From Zygnema circumcarinatum SAG 698-1b (taxonomy: Eukaryota; Plantae; Zygnematophyceae): DNA of 64,000 nucleotides. The stretch covers positions 1,511,492 to 1,575,491 of the forward strand of contig CM074822.1 of NCBI GenBank assembly GCA_037447605.1, in the 5' to 3' direction. Both the position numbers and the translations under genes were made by a program. The notes beneath the pieces are model-generated. The model was given only the letters and a program-made list of their open reading frames with translations. It was not told where the DNA came from and searched no databases. Shown one piece after another: positions 36,742 through 54,660 of the stretch (positions within the stretch are counted from its first letter, which is position 1; each line of letters opens with the position of its first letter).

Positions 36742-38063
36742 CAAGTGCTCCATAAACCTGCACTTCACATAAAGTGAGGAAAGTGTAGGTTGGAAGGTAC
36801 ACCCAAACGAAACTGTTGGAGATTCCACCGAGGATCTCCTTTCATCAAAGTCTCCTCCACTCTGTCCGGAATTCGTTGACATCTTCAGTGCAGCAGTTCA
36901 CGAAAGGAATGCTCAGGACAGATGTGCAAGAAAGGAACACAAGGTAGAGAAAGCCCCACCGGGCATAAAACTCTGGTTTTCTTTGGAGTGAAGTACAACA
37001 GATTACAGCAGTGCCTCACTACTGAATGCAGCTTGAACTACCCCGCTTTTCTCCTATTCCCTTACAGCCACACAACCTCTGACTAAAGGTTCACCTCAGC
37101 TCGCTACACACCCGCTTGGTGTGAGTATGAGAGTGTTGAACGTTCCACCTCGCTGCACACTACCCCTAGTGTGAGATTGGAAGTTGATAAGAGCTTGCAC
37201 AAGAGCGGCTTTATGTAAGTGCATGCAAGGCGCCGTGATCTCCGGCCCGGGTCTTTTGGCGACCGCTTATGGCCTTTGGTCTTTGGCCTTCGGCCTTTGG
37301 CCTTTGGCCATGGCCTGCACCTCCTGGCGTACGCCCTTCTGACACTTAGCCTTTACGTCCGCCACTGTAGCTCCCATGTGCTTCGTGCAGGTCCGCGCGT
37401 CCGTACAGTTCTCAACTTAGCTTCTCGCGCGCCCTCTCGTGTTCGCGTCCGTACACTCTCGGGACAGCGTTTCGTGCGCCCGTGCGCACGCCCGCGTCCG
37501 TACGACCGAAGTGTTGTTTCGCGCCACGCCTTGTCACGTCGCCCCGCGCGCGCGAATACTCTGTTTCGTCACGTCACGGTCCCAGAACTTATCGCGTCAC
37601 ATTGTTCGCGCGACCAGTTCATTAGACTATGCGCCAAACGTTGTACGGCCTCTAGTCCCGTACAACAGAAACGTCCGGCCAGCGAGGAACACCTCTTGAC
37701 GAACGGGAAGCCATTGCTTGTGGGGCTGAATAAGAACACATTAGTGGGGTCGCACACTGTGTTTCCTTCTCCAATCCATGTCTCATTGTTGTGACCGATC
37801 CACACCTGCACTCCATTCAACCGTCCTTGCGCGACATCTGTTCTCCCATACAACAAAACAGTGTTCACCGTTGCACTCCAAAGCAGATCCACCTTCCACC
37901 AAATTGGTGGCCCAATATCAGTGGTGGTGCTCGCGCATGTATCTTCTCCAGCATCTGCTCTGCCATTGCCGTTGTAGCCGTCCACTACCCTATTAGCAGT
38001 CCAGTCCCAGATAGTACTCGGCTGAAATGCGGGCTTATTGAGAGCCAGATTCTCTGCAATCTC
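36742..38063 (-). pseudogene. F-type lectin domain exon 1, split by a solo LTR
   Basis: NLALNKPAFQ...KRCSSLAGRF (38063-37668) resumes as VWVYLPTYTFLTLCEVQVYG (36813-36742). Confidence 0.88.
36814..37667 (-). mobile_element. Solo LTR (854 bp) inside a lectin exon
   Basis: TGTTG...CAACA termini; 5-bp TSD GAAAC at 36809-36813 and 37668-37672. Confidence 0.93.
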
Positions 38064-38489
38064 CAGTTGAAAAAAAATTACATACAAACACACGATTTCA
38101 CTTATGTGAGGGACAACTGGGGGAGGTACAACTCAAACATGATAACCACACACGCATTGAATGTGATGCCAATGTAACGCAGTAACAGTACCAACCGTCT
38201 CCTGTCCACCCTCTTATAATCCGCAATGGTTCAGTTCGTTCTCATTCTTTGTAATGCCTCTCTTAGTCCTTTTATCTTGATTACTAGGTCTCAAAATCCC
38301 GCCATTCCTGTCTCTACCTTCTTTTCTCTTGATTCGTTAACGCCCACCACGCCATTCTTCCTTTCTCGCTGATCCTTTTCTTTACTTATCTTCCCGGTTC
38401 TCTCTTTCTTATTTCGTTTCGCCCCTAACTATCTTTTCACTTCTCCATTGAATGACACCCTTTCCAAATACTCCTCACTTTTCTCCACA

Positions 38490-39764
38490 ACCGCTTGATT
38501 TTACCTCAATTGTGTTCTGCTCTCTCCTTTCTTTCCCAAGCCTTACTCACTTCTGTCTCCTCTCTCCACCCTCCTCTCCAGTTTCTTGAGTGCACTACAT
38601 TTACCCTCCCGTCTTCCTTCCCCCTTCCCTCCTTGCAATTTTCCCCTGCCCATGTCCTCATCTACATATCCTCCCTTCTCCCCATGCCCTACCACCTTGT
38701 CCTCCCCCACTGCGCTTGCCCTCCCTCCCTTGTCCCCCTACTCCTCCCCTCTTGCCCTCCCACCATGCCCTGCCCTTGGCCTACCCCCATTGTCCGCCCC
38801 TCCCCCTCTGGCCTGCTCCCTTGCCCTCCCACTTGTCCTCCATCCCCGCCCTTGTGCCCTTACCTTCCCGCCCTTGTCCTCTCCTCCCCCCCTGCCCTCC
38901 CCCCCTTCCTTTCCCTCCTTTTCCCGCTGCCATCCACCCCCTGCCGTCCACCCCTTGCTTTCCGCCCTTGCTCTACCCTCCTGCCCTTCCCCCCTGCCCT
39001 CCCACCTTTTTCCTCCCACCTTTACCTCCCTCCTTGCCCCTGCCCTCCTTCTATGCCCTCTCCGTCTCCCCATCCCCACCCCTTGCCTTCACCTCCTTGC
39101 CTCCCCCCTGCCCTCTTCCCCTGCCATACCCCTCCTTGCCTTCTACACCTTGCCCTTCCCCCCTTCCCTGCCCCCCATCCCCCTTCCCCCGCCCCCACCC
39201 TGTACTCCCCCCGTGACCTCCCCGCCTTGCCCTGCCCCCTTGCCCTTCCCCTTGCCCTCATTCCCTTCCTTCCCCACTTTCCCCTCCACCACTTGCCCTC
39301 TCCCCCTGGCCTTCTACCCCCCTGCCCTCCCCTCCTTCTCCCTCCACCCCTCTCCCCTTCCCCTCTCCCCATTCCTCTCCCCCTTCCTCTCCCCCTTCCC
39401 TCCCGCCCTTTCGTCCCCATCTTCCCCCTCCCCCCTTCGCCCCTCGTCCCTCCCGCCCTCTTTGTTTTCCTTCTTCCTTCTTCCTTCTTTCCTTTCTTTT
39501 TCTTCTTCTTCCTTCCTCTGCCCTCCTCGCCTCCCCATCCCCACCCCTTGCCTTCACCCCCTTGCCTTCACCCCCTTGCCCTACCCCCCTGCCCTCCCCA
39601 CCTTCACCCTCCACCCTCTCCTGTCCCCCTCCCTCCTTCCCTTCCTTCTCACCCTCCCCTCTCCCCCTGCCCCACCCCCTCGCCTCAGCCCCGGCCTTCC
39701 CCCCTTCCCCCGTCCTCCCCCTCCCTTACCCCCTTTCCCCCACCTCTACCCTCGCCCCTCTCCC
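38490..39764. repeat. Pyrimidine-rich (C/T) low-complexity tract
   Basis: Read directly; Pro/Leu/Ser ORFs without domain content. Confidence 0.85.
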
Positions 39765-42045
39765 TGTTGTTAATTAAGGCCTGGTCAATTTCACCCACTT
39801 CACTCACTGCCATGTTTGCAATCTGAATCAAAGAAGGCTCTCAAGTGCACACACTGAAAGATAACTGAATTCAAACGAGCAAATAACACCGTAAGAGAAT
39901 GTAAGGAGAAAGCACCCCCGGCCTCAAAACTCCTTAATAAAGTAAAGGAAGTAACAAGCAAGAGTTTTAGCCCTCAGGCTTCTACTTCAGCTCTGACTAA
40001 CTCTCGACCCCCTGCTGCCCATACAGCCAGGCAACTGCCCTTAGCAACACGAGCCAAGCTGCAGCTGTATTAAGATTGAACTCTCAGGTTAATTGACTCC
40101 TAAACAAATCCTACTTAAATACTAAGCGCTGCACTACTCCACGTTCTACTGCGTGTCATTGCTCGGCACCGCGCTGCACCGCACGCCGTCGCGCTCCACC
40201 ACGCCGCGCACCTCCATGTAGCTGGCGACGCTCCACATCTCCTGGCGCTCGCCTCACACCGAGTGGTAACTCTCCCTCAGGGTCGCCATGGCCAGGGGAG
40301 AGAGTGTCCGTACAGAAAAGTGTGAGTGGAGGAGGGCAGAATATTGAGAAGCAAACTCATCTCCAATCCTTTCTCCCTCTTCACTCTCCATGGAAGCTTC
40401 TCTCCTTGTGCCCTCAGCACTCTCATTCATTTTTCACTGAAGTGCATACACAACACACAAGAGGCGGAATAGAAAAACGAAGGAGAAAGCTCCCAGCCTA
40501 AAACTCCTTTATCATGACAAGCTTTCCAGCTCAAGCCCCCATAAGCCTAGCCAAGCTTTCCACACATGATAACTCCACCTTCACGTGAGGCAACTCTCCA
40601 CACATGAGACTCCTCACATAGGTCCACCTCCTGTTGCCAAAGCCATGCCTCTAACTGCCGTAGAAACTACCGTAGCTTTGCAATGCTCATCAAGAAGGTT
40701 ACGAAGGTTACTATCTTACACACCCACTCTCACTATATAGTATGGGGCTGTGACGTGACAATGTCACGTCACACACGCCGGGACCATGCATGCAACAACC
40801 TTAATTCAAACAACTTTAAACTACTTCGTGTCTTGCTATGCAAAGTACATCAAGCCTGGCAACGTACCAACACCACTGCACTAATCCAGGTGGGCATGCA
40901 CTCTACCGCCGGCTATACATCCCGCCGTCCTAACAAAGACTAACTCCGTACTCCTCGAGGTACGCTCCACCGACTCCTTGCCGCCACAACATTCCAAGAC
41001 TCCACACTCTAGAAAAGATTCCTTAGAGCAATGTTGACTGGCAGACTCCCGACCGCACGATCCGCATCGGTCCCTTGGTCGGTCTCGCCTCCGTGGCCGT
41101 ACGATCAGCATCGGCCGCTCGGCCGGTCTCGCCTCCGTGCGCACGCTCCTGATTCGTACGATGAAGCAAGCCTGCGCCTATACAGTTCACAGCTGACACG
41201 TGGCGCCTTCTGATTCGCCACTATCTTCCAGAAGAAGACACTGCTGACTCCGCGCCTCCTCATGCTGATTCGTCGCGCCGACATCTCAGCACCGACCANN
41301 NNNNNNNNGCGTGCTGTCGCGACCAATCATGTCGCTTCACGCAAATCCGCCTCTCGCGTCCAAAATCACCGAGTCCGTACATTTCCGCTTCGTCCGTACA
41401 GTCGCGCGCCGTCCGTACGGCCGCGCTCCATTCAATCAAGGCGCATCCCGCGCAACCCCTTTGGTATGGTCTAAGCCTAAGCCGTAACCCTATGACTCTA
41501 GACTTTCCCTAGACCTACCGTACCGTGCCCTAATGATACGGGCACCTCCCATGTTCGGTCCTACACCAAACATGACCATCCATGCATGACATTGTCCCAA
41601 CACAACATTGTTTTCATGGACAACACTCATGCGAGGAACTAAGTACCAACAACCTGATGTACCTATACATCAACAAAAAGCTCCTCCGACTTGCCTTCCT
41701 TCAAGAAGCTTCCTCTACAACGCGCGCGCCACGCCAGCGTTCGTCCGTACGCTCCGGACAAATGTACGGCCGACCGCAAGAAACAATAAGCAAACCTAAG
41801 TTGACCGCGCAGCCTATCGCTGCGCGCCACGTGTCCAAACTATACTTATCAAATCTAAGTAGTCTGCCGTGGTGGCGCGACCTATCGCCGCTCTCCACGT
41901 GTCCTACTCAGACTTCCCGTGTTCCCACTAAGAACAGAGCCCTAGCGCCCTGTTCAGACTGTGGCCAAATCTCCTAAGGACCGCCGACAATGGCTAAGGA
42001 CCGTACAGCGTACAATGCTAGGCTATACCCCTATTGTACTCAACA
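39765..42045 (-). mobile_element. Solo LTR (~920 bp net) hosting a nested LTR
   Basis: TGTTG...CAACA termini; TSD CTCCC at 39760-39764 and 42046-42050. Both halves align to 6035-6850. Confidence 0.9.
40321..41675 (-). mobile_element. Nested solo LTR (~1.35 kb, contains an N-gap)
   Basis: TGTG...CAACA termini; TSD AAAAG at 40316-40320 and 41676-41680. Reverse-complement similar to 62352-63960. Confidence 0.88.
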
Positions 42046-42470
42046 CTCCCCCCTTCTCTTCCCCCCCCCCTCCCCAATCACCCCTCCCCCATCTCGCCCC
42101 TCCTGCCCTCCCCTCCCCTCACCTTCCGCTTCGCAGCATCCAACAACGAGGAGGACGACCGCGGCCCATCCGACCCATCGCCGGCCCATTACGCTCCCCC
42201 GCCCTCGTTTCTGAACTCGACTGACTGACTAACCAGCTCTCCCTCTCTCACAAGCGTCTGACTAACCAGCTAACCGACCCCTTAGCCACCCTCCCTCCCT
42301 CCCTCCCTCCCTTACCAGGGGGAGCTGGTGCCCCGGGGCGAGGGGGGGTGTCATGCCTCAAACACTACCCGCGGATCTCCTTTTTGTCGCTTGGCGTTCT
42401 TTGCGTTCTTTGCGTTCTTTGCGTTCTATTGTTTTCTTGCGGATTCTGCTCGTCTTTTCAATTTTTCAAA

Positions 42471-43073
42471 GCAAATTCTATTCTCACACCTTTTTTGTCT
42501 ACACACAGACCTTTTTTTGACGGGCAGATTTTCAAATAGACAAAAATGGATTAAAAACGGAAAATGCTTTTTTTATTGAGAGCCTGAGCCAATCACCATC
42601 TGTCACGTGCTCATCGGATGACGTGCCAAATTTTGATTGGTTCAGGATTTGAATGTAACGGTATTTCGACTTTCCTCGAAGCTGTGGCCGTACTACTTTT
42701 GTACGGACCTTTGAGCCGGCTTGGGTGGGACACGTGGGCGTGTGCCATTCGCTGGGACCGAGCCCGGATGCTGATCGAACGGTGATCTGTCATGGTTCGA
42801 ATCGACGGCAAAGATTCATTGCACGTGTAAAGGACGGCCACCCGCGAACGATCGCGTGGCGGACTCCGAGCGGATTCGGGCAGGCCGATGTTTTTTTTCT
42901 CTGAAAAAAAAAAAAGGAGTAAAATCTGCCCGTCGGAAAAAAGGTGTGTATCGATTCCAAAAAGGTGTGAAAAAAGAATTTTCCGTTTTTAATCCTTTTT
43001 TGTCTATTTTAAAATCTGCCCATCAAAAAAAGGCCTGTGTGTCGACAAAAAAGGTGTGAGAATAGAATTTTCC
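42471..43073. mobile_element. Mutator-type MITE (603 bp)
   Basis: TIR (G)GAAAATTCTATTCTCACACCTTTTTTGTC; 9-bp TSD TTTTTCAAA at 42462-42470 and 43074-43082. Confidence 0.88.
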
Positions 43074-43449
43074 TTTTTCAAAGCGGACCCAGCCAGCTTT
43101 AATTGGCGTCATCATTTGTACGAATCACAGTTGGACTGAGGGATACAGTTAGAAGTGACGTAGGGGGAGCTTATACGTTACAGTACGGCGTTTGCGTCGT
43201 TTGTGATGAAGACACGTGGCAGGCTGTCGCCACACTGGGGAGGGTTTACCGGGTCCGTCGGGCGGTACGGTACGGCACGTCCGACAAATAGCAAAAGTCG
43301 TCAGTTCTATGGCACGTCAGTTTCAAGGAGAAACTTTTTTTTTCTTTTTTTTGTCAGGGATATGGACTAAATATGTTTCGTCAGGTTTCCTTTGCAGAAC
43401 GAGGACTCGTCAAAAACTTGATTTCAACCCAATCCGGTACTTAGTTTAG

Positions 43450-43980
43450 GTGAATTCTATTCGCACACCTCTTTTGTCTTATAAACAGACCATTTTAAGC
43501 CGGGCAGATTCTATATTAGAAAAAAAAGGATTATAAGCGAGAAATTCTTTTTTCTCACCTTTCTGGATTCGAAACCCTAAAAACCCTAAAAACCCTGTCG
43601 GGCAGACTTTACACCTGATTTTTTTTTGGTAGAGAAAAAAATATCGGCTTGCCCGAATCCGTTCGGAGCGGAAGATTCGTCCACCACGAGATCGTCAGCG
43701 TGTGTGCGTCCTTCACAAGTGCGCGGAATCTTTGCCGTCGATTCTCCCGCAGATCGCACCATGGCAAATCACCGTTCGATCTGCAGTCGCGATCGTTCCC
43801 AGCGAATGGCACGGGCCCACGAGTCCAGCCAAAGCGGCTCTAATTTCGTCCGTATGAAAGCTGGTATGGCCACAGCTTCGAGGAAAGGCGAAATACCGTA
43901 CATTACTAGATTGAACCAATTACAAGTAGCCACGGCATGGACAATGAACACGTGGCAGATGGTGATTGGTTGCTAGAAGT
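43450..43980. mobile_element. Partial element of the same Mutator family
   Basis: Degenerate left TIR at 43450. The interior is an inverted match to 42580-42900 and resembles 60800-61000. Confidence 0.55.
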
Positions 43981-44310
43981 CAATGGTGAAAATAACATGG
44001 GGGTCCCCTGTACTCCCCGATGATCCGCCAGCGTGCGACTGCCACGCTGGCTGGAACCTTAAAAAACCGTCGACGACGACGCGCGTACGGTAACCGCGGT
44101 GGGCCACGGCGTACGCTTCAATTCGTGGACGTGGCGATCGGTGATTGGAAAACGACGTTTTGATGGAACTCGTAGTTTCATCTGCAAAACGACATCCTAC
44201 GTGGACCGTAACGAGCTCGTTACGAAACGGGCTGATGGAAACCCACCCTTAGTTTAAGCGCTTGTACAGGTGTACTACAATGGAAAAATCCCCGTACAGT
44301 ATAATATGGG

Positions 44311-46000
44311 GAAAATTCTATTCTCACACCTTTTTTGTCTACACACAGACCTCATTTCGCCGGGCAGGTTCTATTTGAGAAAAAAAAAGGATTATGAACG
44401 AAAAATGATTTTTTCGAACCTTTTTTGTCTATACACACTCCTTTTTCCGTAGGGCAGATTTTCTTTTAGAAAAAAAAGGTTTTGAAACCCTAAAAACGCG
44501 TCTGCCCCACCGCCCACCCCCTTCAAGCAGTTAGCGCAACGCAACAGGATATGGAGTTCGCTACGCGGCAGGAGGTGATGGAAGATCTCAGGAACAGCTA
44601 TAAACAGAGGAGTGGTCCTCGTCATTAAGACTAGCAAGGAGAAGCGGGCGGTTTTGAAGTGCGATCGAGTTGGGGAGTATAAGAACCATAAAAACTTTAC
44701 AAATGGAATGCGCCAAGGAAAGACACACACCAGACGAACTGGGTGTAAGTTTGATATTGTTTGCTCTTCAGTGAAGGGAGTTTGTTATTTCTGATGATAA
44801 AATGCAGACTTGTGAGCAAGGTAATAATTATGCGGTTGTACCAAGTGATGTGATATTTTAAGCCTTTACTCTTTAGGTGCGTGAATTCCTTTTCATTCTG
44901 TCAATTGTGAAACACATGCAGGCCGTCTGTCTCTTCGTTGTGCCTCTTATTTTCACCTAAACTACTGTAGAGTGTGGTTGTTCTTCCTGCTCAGGTGAGT
45001 AAGCAATACTAGCATTACAAGGAGAAATGGAGGAGAAAATAGGAGTTTGAAGGAGAAAGGAGTTCATGTCACGGCTGCTGTTAAAAAGTATGGCTCCGTA
45101 TACCTGCCTAGGCCACGATTTCAACGAAGGGAGCCATGGCCATGCCAGAGAAATTTCCCGCAGGGGATGTTTATAGAGTGGGCTCGTAGCTTGTTTCGAT
45201 TTAGTGTAGAATTATTTTATTTTTGTTTTAATGGATAGAAAAGGAGGGCCAACGAGGAAAGTCTAATTATTTTTCAAGTCAAGAAGCAGATAGGAGGAGA
45301 TGAGAGCCACAAGGGCAATTATTTTGCTCTGTAAAGAGGAGAACCTTTTTGTGTGGAATAATAGTCGAATAATAAGTAATTTGAATGAAGAAACTTGTGT
45401 ACAGGCCTTTGGACCAAAGCCACCTTGAGCTAGCCAGCTTGATGTGGGAAGAGTTTGCAGGCATGTAACGTTTACTTACCATTCAAACAAAGAAAACATG
45501 CTAACATTTTGCTTTCTCCTTTTTTTTTCACCAAAAATCGATGACCGAGCAGTGTCTATGTTCTTTAAGGTCGAGTCTCGTATTGGGTCAAAGAGACGAA
45601 AAGACTCAAAGAGCTCGCAAAGTTAAACAACATCCCTCAATGCCACAATGTCTGATGATTGTCCGGATGTCTTTGGCAATGCTTGTGGAATTATAATGCG
45701 TTGTTAGGGTTTCAAAACCTTTTTTTTTCAAAATAAAATCTGCCCGGCGGAAAAAGGAGCGTGTATAGACAAAAAAGGTGTAAAAAAATCATTTTGCTAA
45801 TGCGCATTATTAGGGTTTCAAAACCTTATTTTCTAAAATAAAATCTGCCCGACGGAAAAAGGAGCATGTAGTGACAAAAAAGGTGCGAAAAAATCATATT
45901 CGTTCATAATCCTTTTTTTCCTCAAATAGAACCTGCCCGGCGAAAAAAGGCGAAAAAAGGTCTGTGCGTAGACAAAAAAGGTGTGAGAATAGAATTTTCC
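44311..46000 (+). mobile_element. Mutator-like element (1690 bp) with long TIRs
   Basis: Same TIR family; 9-bp TSD TAATATGGG at 44302-44310 and 46001-46009. Confidence 0.9.
44550..44794 (+). pseudogene. FAR1/MULE N-terminal DNA-binding domain fragment
   Basis: Reads EFATRQEV...(frameshift)...VLVIKTSKEKRAVLKCDRVGEY...TRRTGCKFDI. Confidence 0.7.
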
Positions 46001-46112
46001 TAATATGGGGGATCAGACATTGACCATGGCCGTACTAAATTCCCGAATTTAGTACAGTATACTGTACTTGTGCTTGTATGGGCCAGGTCACAACTAATGC
46101 ATGACAAGAAAA

Positions 46113-46293
46113 CGAGGGAAGGATGTTTGATTGAATTCACGATGGCAAGGCCATCAAATGTACATGGATAAAAACGACATAGGAACCAGAGGAAGCGGTC
46201 ACAATGGACATAAGGACAAAGAGAAAGTCTCGAAACGGAAATCTACTTCTTGGCTTAACAACACGGCACTAGAAGCAGCCGCGAAGGTCGCCG
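46113..46293. mobile_element. 181-bp insertion with an 8-bp direct repeat
   Basis: CAAGAAAA at 46105-46112 and 46294-46301. An uninterrupted homologous site lies at ~50768-50850. Confidence 0.6.
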
Positions 46294-47133
46294 CAAGAAA
46301 ATGGGAGATGGGGGGAGAGAAGAAGTGGGAGGACGCCGGAGAATGATAGACTCTCCCCCCTTTTTGAATATCCCCTCCCCCTTATCGGGAGATTTCGTAC
46401 TTCCATTTTGGCTATCCACTCCCNNNNNNNNNNGAGAGAGAGGGGGAGGGAGGGGAAGGGGAGGTAGTTTTGTGTTCAGAGTTTATTAGTGGGTGATGTA
46501 CCGCTTATGCTTTAGGGTTTTAAAATTTTGAGGTCCACTTCAAACCTGTCTCGAGATGATGTTTGCACGGTTAAGGGCGTCCCAGATTCCTGCCACGTGG
46601 CAGCTTGTTTTAGCACTGCAAATTTTTTCAAACATTCAAAATCGCAATTGACAGATCCAAAAGTCACCTCTCATCTCTTCATTTACAGCATTTCCCAAGC
46701 CAATGATATGGCCATAAAAGACTTTCTCTTTTTCTCAAAACCAAAAAGAGTACAAACCAATCTTAAAAACTACGAGCACACACACCACTTCCCTCGTGCC
46801 CTACGTACAGAAAAAAATTGCACTCACTTATTTTATTAGCCAAAAGAAAAAGAAAGGAGGTGGGGGGGGGGAGACATAGGGTGGCCTAAAGTATAGTACA
46901 GGGGGCAGAAAAATCCAAACCACACCTTCAATCAAACCCCAATTGAGAACAGTCCTTGTCTACGTGAACAAACGCTCTGTACAGTTTTCAGTCCAGTTCA
47001 AGACTGGTTGAACATCTCGGTGACATAGAACACCTCCCCGTTGTAAGGCTCCATGAAGAGGCTGCTCGTTCTTCAAACATGGCAGACGGGATACCCCAAT
47101 ACGGAATACGGAAACAGAGGAACACAGAAGGCC

Positions 47134-53131
<5,998 letters not shown>

Positions 53132-53223
53132 CTGAGTCGTTATAATCCTGCTTCTACCACTAAGGTTTCTTTTCAATATTCTTTGTAAACGTCTTCAGAA
53201 TATATTTACACCCTCAGACTCTA

Positions 53224-54239
53224 TCACCTGCAACAGAACAGGAAAACGCGCATGAGCATATGGGATAGGGAGAGAGGGAGCGAGGGAGTGGGAGCGAGAA
53301 GAGGGGAGGGTGAGAAAGGGAGAGGACCAATAACGAGAGAGGCGAAGGAGGACGAATGTCAAGAATGAGGACAAGTGAAAACAGAAATGAAAGGAGAGGT
53401 AAGTTTCTTTCGATAATGCAGCACACAGAAAGACAGTGCAATGCCTCACGATAAGAATATAAGAAGAATGTAATAACATAAATGCAATAATATATAAGAG
53501 AATTTCGTACATATGCATGGGTAAATGTATAGGTATGTGTGTCAAGCCAACTGCAGGACTGACTCTGAGGCGGTACTTCAATATGTACCTATGTACCTGT
53601 GTGAGCGACTTTCAGTTACGTACTCACCTTCCGCTCTCACTCTCTCTGTCTATCCTTCTCTGTCTCTCCACTCCCTCTTGTCTCTCGCTCTCTTCCTCTC
53701 TCTCCCTCTGTCAGTCCCTCTCTCTCTCTCACTCACTCCCCCTCTTGCTCTCTGTGTCTCTCTCTCCCTCTCTTTCTGTTTGTCCCACTCTCCTCTCCCT
53801 CGGTCTCTCCCTCCCATCGCCTCCGTCTCTCCCACTCTCTCCCTCCCTCTCCCTCTTCCGCCCTCTCTCTTCCTTCCTGTCTCTCTCAGACCTCCCACAC
53901 AAAGGCCAACTGCATGCATTCATCGCCTTCACCAGTTCCATGACCAACAACAACAACAAACTGGCAACTGCCACCGCAACAAAACCACATCTCTAGCAGC
54001 AAATTCATCATTTCTTAAACAATATTATATTTCACTCCGCGAACAGGCATCAAGTTGGAAAGAAAAGCCTTAAAAAGAACAGCATCCAGTTGAAACCCTA
54101 ATTTCTACCATACATCCTCATTTCCGAACCCTTTTTTCTCCTTCTTTGTCCAAAGCATATCCAAAGCCCATCTCTCCCCCTACCTTTCGTCCATGCCTCC
54201 CTTCCCCGCCCTCTCCTGCGCGTCATTGGCGGCAGCCAT
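53224..54239 (-). other. Spliced upstream ORF (19 aa, MAAANDAQERAGKGGMDER) in the leader of the OEP37-like gene
   Basis: ATG at 54239, donor AG|GTAG at 54184, acceptor ttgcag| at 53228, TGA at 53226-53224. Confidence 0.45.
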
Positions 54240-54660
54240 GGCTGCCAGAGTGCCGCTGCCTTCCTCCTTCCCTGTCAGGGTGACACGTGTCTCCTCCACA
54301 ACTTCAAAGCAGTTCGAAATCAGTATTTAAAAAGTTGGTTCAAACTCTGTACTCCGCAAACTGGATTTCAAATTTTCCGTACGACGACCCCCCTGGCGGC
54401 CCGAGGGCCAAAAGGGCCCCAAAAGGGGCCGTCAGGATTGAACTCTGCGGACGAATCTAGACCGTCCGATTTTGATAGGTCAGAGACGTGGCGCCATATA
54501 AGCCGTCGGATGGTGTCAGTGACTCCCAAACTTTGATAATGCATTTGTACCCCAACAGGGTTCGAATGTAGTGAAACACAAATGATTGAATTTATGACAG
54601 TTTTCAATTTTCTTTATTAACGTTCACCTTTATGATACGTGAAAGAAAAGGATCAATTTT

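Noticed and set aside
43570-43600. AAACCCTAA telomere-like repeats (also 44484, 45706, 45811)
   Set aside because: Only 1-3 imperfect units inside Mutator subterminal sequence; not a telomere array.
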